Source: a virus. Taken from it: a stretch of DNA of 35,154 nt. Under the pieces are notes generated by a model. The model saw only the letters and a program-made list of their open reading frames with translations. It ran no database searches and was not told where the DNA came from. Both the position numbers and the translations under genes were made by a program. This document shows, in pieces, positions 9,810 to 16,587 of the stretch. Numbering within the stretch: the stretch's first letter is position 1; each line of letters opens with the position of its first letter. The stretch is from IMG/VR virus record IMGVR_UViG_3300033407_000076, positions 1 through 35,154 of that record. One strand, given 5' to 3'.

Positions 9810-10478
9810 ATGAAAAAAGAAACAATGTTTGATCAAATCTGGAAACCCATACTTGGTTATGAAAATTTATATGAAGCCTCAAATGATGGTCAAATAAGAT
9901 CATTCCACGACAAGAAAATCAAGAAACAATCGCTTTCCTCAAACAAAAAATATTTTAGAGTTACTGTTACCAAAAACAAAGTTTCCAAGCAAATTACAGT
10001 ACATAGGTTGATCGCATGGGCGTTTCTTGGCAAGCAAGAACATGGCGTCGAGGTAAGGCATATTAACGGAAATTCCCATGATAATTACATAAGCAATCTA
10101 AAATATGGCAGCAGATCAGACAACATGCAGGATGCAATTAGACAAAATACATTTTCGATGGGTGAAATACATCATTCTGCAAAATTAACCAAACAAGATG
10201 TCATTGAAATTTATTTAAATCCTGATGATTATCGAAAAATAGCATCTATGTATAATATTCATCCATTTACAGTTCATAAAATAAAAAGAAGAAAAATGAG
10301 GAAAATTGATACAGAACATATCAAGGACCTAAAACCAGTTTCATTGGATTACAGTAAAAAAGGTAATTTATCCAACAAACAAAAAGAAATCCTCAATAAC
10401 AATAAAATATCACAAAGAAAAGCAGCGAAGTTATTAAATGTCTCACAAAGGACTATCTGTATGTGGAGGAATCAATAA
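9810..10478 (+). CDS. HNH homing endonuclease (NUMOD4 + HNH_3 + C-terminal HTH)
   Basis: 'WKPILGYENLYEASNDGQIRS' (NUMOD4) and 'HRLIAWAFLG...VRHINGNSHDNYISNLKYGSRSDN' (HNH). Visibly AT-rich. Opposite strand to both flanking genes. Track ORF starts at TTG 9792. Confidence 0.85.
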   Translation: MKKETMFDQIWKPILGYENLYEASNDGQIRSFHDKKIKKQSLSSNKKYFRVTVTKNKVSKQITVHRLIAWAFLGKQEHGVEVRHINGNSHDNYISNLKYGSRSDNMQDAIRQNTFSMGEIHHSAKLTKQDVIEIYLNPDDYRKIASMYNIHPFTVHKIKRRKMRKIDTEHIKDLKPVSLDYSKKGNLSNKQKEILNNNKISQRKAAKLLNVSQRTICMWRNQ

Positions 10479-10837
10479 TCTTTTTTATATTTTTCATCAA
10501 GCTCACGCCTTAGCCTTTCGACCTCCTGCTTGATGCGGTGGTTTTCCTCATTCACTGCCTCCACATCCTGCGTTCGCCACCGTGCGCGTGTCTTTAGCCA
10601 GAATATCTGTGCTGACAGGTCGTCCTGCTGCACGGCCTTGTTGAACAGCTTTTGCGCTACAGCAGAGTTGGCCTCGATGCGTGCCTTGCGCATCTCGGGT
10701 TCGTAGTGCTTGAAAAGCGTGTCGACACATATCCCAAGATAGGACGCAATGTCCTCCTGTGTGTGGCCAAAGCTGTACAGAGCGGCAACCTGCGACCGGG
10801 TCTTGTCACTAGGCTGATGCTCGATTCCCTTTGCCAT
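10472..10837 (-). CDS. HTH DNA-binding protein, putative terminase small subunit
   Basis: 'GHTQEDIASYLGICVDTLFKHY' (HTH) and 'IFWLKTRARWR', a motif I recall from phage small-terminase/HTH proteins. C-terminal coiled coil. GGAGG lies 6 nt upstream of ATG 10837. Confidence 0.45.
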   Translation of the reverse strand: MAKGIEHQPSDKTRSQVAALYSFGHTQEDIASYLGICVDTLFKHYEPEMRKARIEANSAVAQKLFNKAVQQDDLSAQIFWLKTRARWRTQDVEAVNEENHRIKQEVERLRRELDEKYKKDY

Positions 10838-12131
10838 ATCCATCCTCCATGATGGCCTTTTTACCAGTGTACTGTTCCCATCTTGCTATGATAACTGAAA
10901 CATACTGTGGTGACAGTTCCATCATATGGCATTTGCGCCCAGTCTCCTCGCAAGCGATGAGCGTTGAGCCTGAGCCTCCAAAAACATCAATGATATTTTG
11001 ATTTTTTTCGCTGGAGTTTAATATGCATTCTTTTATTAACTCGACCGGCTTCATTGTTGGATGCAAGTCGTTTTTTAATGGCTTGTCTATTTCCCACACG
11101 GAAGTCTTGAACTGGCCTTTTCCATAAAATTTATGCGTTCCATTGGATTTCCAACCATACAAAATTGGTTCATGCTTATAGTTATAATCGCATCGACCCA
11201 ATACGTGATTATTCTTTACCCATATCAACATGTGCTTGAGCAAGAAACCAGCGTCACCAATAGCCATCATCATCATCAAGTCGCCACCTTGAGGAGAGAA
11301 AATATAATAAGATGATTTATTATCTAATATTGTATAAGCATTTAATAATACTTGCAGCCAGAATTCATTCATTTCTTTTGGCTTTTTCGAATCGTTCTCA
11401 ATAGCATTGGGACAGGCCATAGGCTTACCAATGCTATTGAGATATTTATTTTTTTCTGTGTACGAAACACCATATGGCGGATCAGTAACAAGCAAGTCAG
11501 CCTTATTTCCATCCATCAGCTTTTCAACGTCATCAATCATTGTGCTGTCGCCACACATCAGACGATGCTCGCCCAACAACCACACATCCCCCAGTTTTGT
11601 GATTGGCTCTGCTGGAGCGTCTGGCACATCATCAGGGCCGCACTGTCCAGCATCCAAAACCTCTAGCGTAAATGATGCAATCTCGTCAGGCTCAAATCCC
11701 GTCAGTGATATGTCAAAGCCGTTGTGTTCAAGCCTCTGGACTTCCTCAAGCAGGATTGTGTAGTTCCATCCAGCATCGAGCGCCAGCCTGTTGTCAGCGA
11801 TCACGTAGGCGGCTTTCTGGTCTTCAGTCAGGCCGTCCAGCACAATGCAAGGAACCTCATCAATGCCACACACCTTGGCTGCCTCAACCCTGCAATGTCC
11901 TGCAATGATGGTATTGTTCTCGTCCACCAATACGGGATTTGTAAACCCAAATTCATTGATGGAATTGATTACCTTTTGAACCTGCTCAGGCGAATGTGTA
12001 CGGGAATTGTTGGTGTATTGAGCAAGATTGGCTATTTTTTCCCTTTTATACTCCCGAAGGGAGTTTGTTTTTTTCGTCATATTTTTTTGCATCCTTGCTT
12101 TTCGTCTTTTCAATATCCTTTCCGGAAACAA
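10809..12131 (-). CDS. ParB-like nuclease domain fused to a DNA methyltransferase (N6A/N4C, beta class)
   Basis: N-terminal ParB-N-like 'FGFTNPVLVDENNTIIAGHCRVEAAK'. 'LLVTDPPYG' (motif IV) precedes 'DVFGGSGSTLIACE' (motif I). Start uncertain: TTG 12131, ATG 12092 or ATG 12080. Confidence 0.85.
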   Translation of the reverse strand: MFPERILKRRKARMQKNMTKKTNSLREYKREKIANLAQYTNNSRTHSPEQVQKVINSINEFGFTNPVLVDENNTIIAGHCRVEAAKVCGIDEVPCIVLDGLTEDQKAAYVIADNRLALDAGWNYTILLEEVQRLEHNGFDISLTGFEPDEIASFTLEVLDAGQCGPDDVPDAPAEPITKLGDVWLLGEHRLMCGDSTMIDDVEKLMDGNKADLLVTDPPYGVSYTEKNKYLNSIGKPMACPNAIENDSKKPKEMNEFWLQVLLNAYTILDNKSSYYIFSPQGGDLMMMMAIGDAGFLLKHMLIWVKNNHVLGRCDYNYKHEPILYGWKSNGTHKFYGKGQFKTSVWEIDKPLKNDLHPTMKPVELIKECILNSSEKNQNIIDVFGGSGSTLIACEETGRKCHMMELSPQYVSVIIARWEQYTGKKAIMEDGYGKGNRASA

Positions 12132-12267
12132 CCTTTGGAATTTCTATTTCACCCTTTCCCATGCACAGCGGACAGTCCATTTCCTTCCCGCCAGTATCAG
12201 TTCTTGACCATGCGGATCCAGTCTTGTACATCTTCTTTTGCCCGTTGCACCTGAAACACCGCTTCAT
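12046..12267 (-). CDS. Small DnaJ-type zinc-finger protein (CxxCxGxK ... CxxCxGxG)
   Basis: 'CFRCNGQK' and 'CPLCMGKG'. ATG 12267 overlaps the upstream TGA as TGATG. GAGG RBS present. Confidence 0.5.
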   Translation of the reverse strand: MKRCFRCNGQKKMYKTGSAWSRTDTGGKEMDCPLCMGKGEIEIPKVVSGKDIEKTKSKDAKKYDEKNKLPSGV

Positions 12268-12482
12268 CATTCACCTCTCGCATCCCTGATTTTAATAACA
12301 GTAACAATTACCATGATAAGCACTGTTTCAATGCCTGATGATGATATAAGCAACGTATGAATTTCATCCATGGACAGTTTTCCATCATCAAGACAGGCAA
12401 ACAGGGATGCCAAAAACTGAACTGTGCTGATAATTGTGGTTGTTCCGAGGATTTTGTTCAGATGTTTTTCGAGAAAATCCAT
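12267..12482 (-). CDS. Holin-like small membrane protein (71 aa, two hydrophobic segments)
   Basis: Directly downstream of the endolysin. Hydrophobic stretches 'ILGTTTIISTVQFLASLFACL' and 'GIETVLIMVIVTVI'. G-rich RBS before ATG 12482. Confidence 0.5.
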   Translation of the reverse strand: MDFLEKHLNKILGTTTIISTVQFLASLFACLDDGKLSMDEIHTLLISSSGIETVLIMVIVTVIKIRDARGE

Positions 12483-12496
12483 TTCTCCCCCCGCTT

Positions 12497-13051
12497 TCAG
12501 TAATAGGACCGATTGAGCCATCCTTTCAGATATTTTCTGAGCTTTGGATTCCGGTCTGCAATAATGCGATATTTGCCAGCCGCCTCGCTTTTGAGTGCTG
12601 CCAGGAGGATGGCTGGATTTGCTTTATTGATGGCATCAATACTTTTGTGCCCAATAACCCCATCGACAACAAGCTCCTTTGTTGATGCCGCGCGCACTGC
12701 ATTTTGTATACAGCAGTGGGCAGCATGAAACCCCATGTTTACGGACAGGCTAAACAGTTTTGTGGCGATACACTGGGCATGGATGCGCCCGTACCTGAAC
12801 CTGTCCCAGAACTGCCGTCGATAGATTGCAGCAGCATCCTCCTGTTTAAGGGAGCGTATGTCATCCGTGTCAACATGACCATCACCATTAAAGTCCACAT
12901 CCCTATGGTCTTGATTGGATTTGTCTGCCAAGCCGTGCAGGAATCTCAAAGATATCCCGTATTTCGTTGCCCCACCTGGATCGTCCGGATCAAGGGAGAT
13001 ACCACCTTCGTGGCTAAGGACAACGGGCATGGCAAGATCAAAAATGGCCAT
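12497..13051 (-). CDS. Endolysin, glycoside hydrolase family 108 type with C-terminal PG-binding-like region
   Basis: 'LSHEGGISLDPDDPGGATKYGIS' matches the GH108 N-terminal signature (EGG...DPGG.TKYGI). 'IYRRQFWD' follows. Confidence 0.85.
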   Translation of the reverse strand: MAIFDLAMPVVLSHEGGISLDPDDPGGATKYGISLRFLHGLADKSNQDHRDVDFNGDGHVDTDDIRSLKQEDAAAIYRRQFWDRFRYGRIHAQCIATKLFSLSVNMGFHAAHCCIQNAVRAASTKELVVDGVIGHKSIDAINKANPAILLAALKSEAAGKYRIIADRNPKLRKYLKGWLNRSYY

Positions 13052-13098
13052 CAAGCATCCTGCGAGTTACGCTCCTGGATAAAATATTACCACAACTT

Positions 13099-13142
13099 TT
13101 TGCAACTGCAATTTGCATCTTGCATATATTTGCAATTGCAAA
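13099..13142. promoter_or_regulatory. Array of TGCA-core repeats and palindromes in a divergent intergenic region (candidate operators)
   Basis: ttTTGCAAcTGCAAtTTGCAtcTTGCAtatatTTGCAATTGCAAa. Six TGCA cores at 6-10 nt spacing. 13129..13142 (tttgcaattgcaaa) is a perfect 14-bp palindrome. Confidence 0.5.
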
Positions 13143-13162
13143 AAAAATACCATTAATTGTTA

Positions 13163-13190
13163 TTGATATGATAATAATTAATGTTATAAT
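13163..13190 (+). promoter_or_regulatory. Sigma70-type promoter with extended -10 for the XhlA-like block
   Basis: TTGATA (13163..13168), 16-nt spacer, then TGtTATAAT (-10 at 13185..13190). Confidence 0.6.
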
Positions 13191-13209
13191 ATTGTCATAC
13201 ATTGGCCAA

Positions 13210-13434
13210 ATGAGCATAAAAAAACAAATGACTAGCAAACATATAGAACAAGTAATAACAAAATATGATCTATTGTTTGAGCAGCGATTAACACGTACAG
13301 AAACGCTGTGCGAGAAACTAGAACAAGATATGACAGAAATACGCGTTTCATACCGGTGGCTTATCGGCATTATGATTGGCGGATTTTCTGGCATGTTTGG
13401 GTTGATGGCCCATGGGTTCAAATGGTGGAGTTAA
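13210..13434 (+). CDS. XhlA-like small membrane protein, paralogue 1 (74 aa)
   Basis: N-terminal coiled coil plus a C-terminal TM segment, 'RWLIGIMIGGFSGMFGLMAHG'. Same architecture as the two ORFs that follow. Confidence 0.5.
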   Translation: MSIKKQMTSKHIEQVITKYDLLFEQRLTRTETLCEKLEQDMTEIRVSYRWLIGIMIGGFSGMFGLMAHGFKWWS

Positions 13435-13436
13435 AA

Positions 13437-13637
13437 ATGAGCGAACATATAATTGATCATGAAGTGCGCATCAGGCTGCAGGAGGCCATATCTGAAAAAC
13501 TGGATAAGCGCTTTGACCGCTTGGAAGCAAAGATGGACAGCAACTTTCACTGGGTTTTGGGTTCAATTCTTACAATGACAATTGCCACGATAACGCTATT
13601 TGGCGGCGTCATATTTCACATGGCTAAAATGGTTTAA
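13437..13637 (+). CDS. XhlA-like small membrane protein, paralogue 2 (66 aa)
   Basis: GGTGGAG RBS. 'HIIDHEVRIRLQE...KMDSNFHWVLGSILTMTIATITLFGGVI'. Confidence 0.55.
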   Translation: MSEHIIDHEVRIRLQEAISEKLDKRFDRLEAKMDSNFHWVLGSILTMTIATITLFGGVIFHMAKMV

Positions 13638-13646
13638 GGAAAAGAA

Positions 13647-13910
13647 ATGAAAGCCAGAAACGAACATATTGACCACGAAGTGCGCATACAAATGATTGAA
13701 AACGCAATATTACGGATTGAACAAAAGTTTGACTTAATTGATAAAAGATTAAATTCAATTGAGAATAAATTTGACTTCTTTGATTAAAAGTTTACCAATA
13801 TGTTCATTAAATTGAATGACAAAATTGATTCAAAATTCATGTGGACGTTGGGCGTAATACTTGCCACCAACACGCTGCCGATAATATTCCATGCTGCAAA
13901 ATTGATATAA
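13647..13910 (+). pseudogene. XhlA-like paralogue 3, interrupted by an in-frame TAA (13785..13787); alternatively two short ORFs
   Basis: 'MKARNEHIDHEVRIQMIEN...NKFDFFD*KFTNMFIKLNDKIDSKFMWTLGVILATNTLPIIFHAAKLI'. The coiled-coil half and the TM half are in the same frame, separated by one stop. Confidence 0.45.
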
Positions 13911-13919
13911 GGGCAAAAA

Positions 13920-14084
13920 GTGACCAGACGCGCAAAAACAATCAGCATTAGCGTTACCGACGAAACTTTGAGACAACTTGAATATATTGCAAAGCATTTT
14001 AACGAAAACCGATCCGCCATCATCTCGCGTGCTGTACAGACTTTATGCGAAAGGCTCGAAAGGTTAGAAAATGGGGATAAATAA
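13920..14084 (+). CDS. Ribbon-helix-helix (CopG/Arc/MetJ-type) DNA-binding protein, 54 aa
   Basis: GTG start. 'KTISISVTDETLRQLEYIAKHFNENRSAIISRAVQTLCERLE' fits the beta-strand/helix/helix RHH pattern. Confidence 0.6.
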   Translation: MTRRAKTISISVTDETLRQLEYIAKHFNENRSAIISRAVQTLCERLERLENGDK

Positions 14085-14095
14085 TGGTAACAGCT

Positions 14096-14638
14096 TTATG
14101 GGTTGTATTTTTTCTGATAATTCTGGGTGTCATCTAGCTCCAGGCCAAAATACTCACAAAAAACAGTCTTTGCTTCATATTCACCCCTGGCTATTTTCCA
14201 TTGGTATCCCATTTTAAGCAGATAGGCGCCCCAATATTTCTGCTCAGGGGTGAGGGTACCATTGGGTGATTTCATCTCAATGTAGAGGCCGTGGTACCCA
14301 TTCAGGGGAACAGGGAACTCAAGGTCTGGAAATCCCCTTGAGGTGCCCATTTTCTTAAACTTGGCGCCTTCCCTCATGCTTCGCAGACCCCCGTTTGGGG
14401 AGTGGTGGAGGCGATAACCAAGTTCGGCAAGGATAGGTGCGCACCAATGTACGAACCTGATCTGCGTTGGCTCTTCCTTCAGTCGCCCCAAAGAAGCCCG
14501 GGGCGGCGTTTTCTTCTCAGCTCCATTGTCAGGTATAGGGTCTATAGATTTATCGCCGTACAGGCCCTCGTATGCGCCCCAAAACTTTTTACTGGGCCTC
14601 CATTGCGCCATCCTTTGGCTCCTTAATGGTTTTTCCAT
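14096..14638 (-). CDS. VRR-NUC domain nuclease
   Basis: 'GFPDLEFPVPLNGYHGLYIEMKSPNGTLTPEQKYWGAYLLKMGYQWKIARGEYEA' matches the VRR-NUC core (PD...E.K ... Q..W). Start may be ATG 14611. Confidence 0.8.
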   Translation of the reverse strand: MEKPLRSQRMAQWRPSKKFWGAYEGLYGDKSIDPIPDNGAEKKTPPRASLGRLKEEPTQIRFVHWCAPILAELGYRLHHSPNGGLRSMREGAKFKKMGTSRGFPDLEFPVPLNGYHGLYIEMKSPNGTLTPEQKYWGAYLLKMGYQWKIARGEYEAKTVFCEYFGLELDDTQNYQKKYNP

Positions 14639-15224
14639 TCATACTGGCCATAAATCTTTTTCTCAGGTCCTTTAGTGTGCCGTTACGTTTTGACCGATAA
14701 ATGGCCTGAGACAACGCAACTGGGTCCAGGCTGATAAGTGTACAATAAAACCCAAACATCTTGTTTTGAGGGTTGATAAAGGCCTTTGCATTATTCCGAA
14801 GTCTTAAATTTGCCTCATTTGGTTTTGTCTTTTTTATCCCACGCATAACACAGCTCATCAAATATTGATCATAAACGATCTCTTTGCAGCGTCGGGACCC
14901 ATCCTTATGATTTTTTGGGAACTGTTTAGACTGAGGCAGTCTTTTTTCCTTCATGTCCCCCAGGTCTGTATATTCGCTTTTCTTGTTACTATCCAAATGG
15001 ATAGTGATGGAATGAATGTGGTTATTTTCGCGATAAATGTATATGCCGCTGGCGATACCCTCTAATTCAGGCTTTCCATAATCACTAACCAGATAGAGCG
15101 GATATTCTTTGATCTTTGGATCGTGCCCATTTTTTGGAATAAACAGGTCATCAATGGCTTGCAGAATAATACTGGCAATAAGTGATCTACTTCCGTATGC
15201 GTCCTCTTTGCTTCGACTATCCAT
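14589..15224 (-). CDS. Hypothetical protein, 211 aa (replication block)
   Basis: Long ORF co-oriented with the replication genes. No motif recognised. Confidence 0.55.
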   Translation of the reverse strand: MDSRSKEDAYGSRSLIASIILQAIDDLFIPKNGHDPKIKEYPLYLVSDYGKPELEGIASGIYIYRENNHIHSITIHLDSNKKSEYTDLGDMKEKRLPQSKQFPKNHKDGSRRCKEIVYDQYLMSCVMRGIKKTKPNEANLRLRNNAKAFINPQNKMFGFYCTLISLDPVALSQAIYRSKRNGTLKDLRKRFMASMNGKTIKEPKDGAMEAQ

Positions 15225-15259
15225 AAATCCATGTCTCCATTGTATGATTTTAAATCACA

Positions 15260-15526
15260 TTACGTTTTTTTTTGTACTGTATTCTCCTGTGCATTGTTTC
15301 GTGCCATTTCCAGTGCTTCTTTTAGGTTAATCCATGAAAACCCCGTAACCAGTGCAATTGATTTAGGCAGCGCCATGTCTGAGAACGCATTAGAACAAAA
15401 CTTGATCAGCACAGCAACGTCAGACTGGATTTGCTTCCGACAAAGCGGCCACGGGTCATTTTTGTATAACTTGTCCTTCAGTGAAGCGGTCAGCGACTCT
15501 AGCGCCCTTGCAACATCCTTATCCAT
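15260..15526 (-). CDS. Hypothetical protein, 88 aa
   Basis: ORF co-oriented with its neighbours and packed between them. Confidence 0.45.
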   Translation of the reverse strand: MDKDVARALESLTASLKDKLYKNDPWPLCRKQIQSDVAVLIKFCSNAFSDMALPKSIALVTGFSWINLKEALEMARNNAQENTVQKKT

Positions 15527-15552
15527 TATTTCACTTTGCCCCCTTGTTTAAA

Positions 15553-16332
15553 TTATGCCCTCTTACCATGAAGCATTTCCCAGCTTGGATGACCGGGACC
15601 CCACTCTATGGCTGTGCACTTTGTGGGAATTGGAGAATTCGTAATGTTCGCAGCATCTTTTTGCTCAGAGATTGTTCTCTCATCAATAACCCATTTCAAA
15701 AAAGCTGCCTTCCAGTCTGCCCGCCTCCAAGAGTGCGCCTTTGCGTGTGCCATAAACCCATCCAAAAGATCATCAATGTCCAGGTTCTTTTTCCTGGCCT
15801 TCTCTTGTGCTTCATTACTGATCAGCTTGGCTTTTGATTTTGGGCAGTAAGACAGGGAGGGAGAAGCCGCGCTTTGTGCGGCGCTGCTCTCTCTTTTCTT
15901 TGTAATATTATTTATTTTGTATTTATTTCTTTTATAGGTGCTGTTTACCAGTAACCGGTTTTCCGTTAACGGTTTTTCAGGGCACGGTGATGTGGATAAC
16001 TTTTCTGTTTTTTGTAAGTCTATGTTTTTAAAGTCACTTCCATCAAACACGTCCATGACAAAGTGTGAAAATCTGCCATTAGTGCCTCTTTTTTGTGCTG
16101 TAGTGATCAATCCGTGATCTTCTAATCTTGATAGATATTTGTCCAGCTTGTCGCGGCCAATATTGCCCTGTTTTTGGAGGTGTGACTTGTGGAATTCCCA
16201 CCCTTCTGGCAGGTGGATCAAGTAAAGGTAAAGGCCAATCAAGGCATAATCCTTGAGTCCTTCAATGACATGATTTGGTATGGCGGTATAACCGCCTTTT
16301 TTTTGTCCGATAACGTATTTTTGCACTGACAT
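15553..16332 (-). CDS. Replication initiator / replisome organiser-like protein (N-terminal winged HTH)
   Basis: 'GGYTAIPNHVIEGL...LIGLYLYLIHL...IGRDKLDKYLSRLEDHGLIT' resembles DnaD/phage Rep N-terminal wHTH. Low-complexity linker. C-terminal 'DWKAAFLKWV'. First gene after a divergent promoter region. Confidence 0.55.
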   Translation of the reverse strand: MSVQKYVIGQKKGGYTAIPNHVIEGLKDYALIGLYLYLIHLPEGWEFHKSHLQKQGNIGRDKLDKYLSRLEDHGLITTAQKRGTNGRFSHFVMDVFDGSDFKNIDLQKTEKLSTSPCPEKPLTENRLLVNSTYKRNKYKINNITKKRESSAAQSAASPSLSYCPKSKAKLISNEAQEKARKKNLDIDDLLDGFMAHAKAHSWRRADWKAAFLKWVIDERTISEQKDAANITNSPIPTKCTAIEWGPGHPSWEMLHGKRA

Positions 16333-16357
16333 AGCTTACATTTCCTTCTGTTAGTAG

Positions 16358-16391
16358 TTGCCCTCCTGTGCCAGTCAGTTATAATTGACTC
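16358..16391 (+). promoter_or_regulatory. Sigma70-type promoter overlapped by a 20-bp imperfect palindrome (candidate operator)
   Basis: TTGCCC (16358..16363), 16-nt spacer, TATAAT (16380..16385). Palindrome cAGTCAgTTA|TAAtTGACTc at 16372..16391. Confidence 0.55.
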
Positions 16392-16548
16392 ATGGCAGTG
16401 GAGGCCAATCTGGATTGTATTTGTGCGGGTGGCCTGGCAGCTGCCCGCAACGTCTAAACCTAGATATTACACCCAAACACCAAACTTCCCAAATATTTCT
16501 CAAACAATCAAAGATATACCATCTTTTGGTTCGCTTTTTATATCTATG

Positions 16549-16557
16549 TGGTACTAT
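16549..16557 (+). promoter_or_regulatory. Possible extended -10 element (TGgTACTAT) about 30 nt upstream of the Arc-like gene
   Basis: Sequence tgtggtactatatt. No good -35 found. Confidence 0.3.
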
Positions 16558-16587
16558 ATTCTAATAATAAAAAGGGGAGGGCCTGCC

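Noticed and set aside
11352-12289. Several plus-strand ORFs (104-176 aa) over the methyltransferase gene
   Set aside because: They are antisense to an ORF with unambiguous ParB and DPPY/FGGSGST motifs. No RBSs, and the sequences are Ser/Cys/His-rich and non-protein-like.
13784-14023. 79-aa minus-strand ORF
   Set aside because: It overlaps the TM half of the third XhlA-like paralogue and the RHH ORF on the plus strand. Both of those have recognisable protein features; this ORF has none and has no RBS.
16423-16587. N-terminal extension of the Arc-like ORF from GTG 16423 (121-aa version)
   Set aside because: The extension has no RBS and spans a GC hairpin and promoter-like sequence. ATG 16588 has a strong GGGGAGGG RBS and gives a protein of normal Arc/Mnt size.
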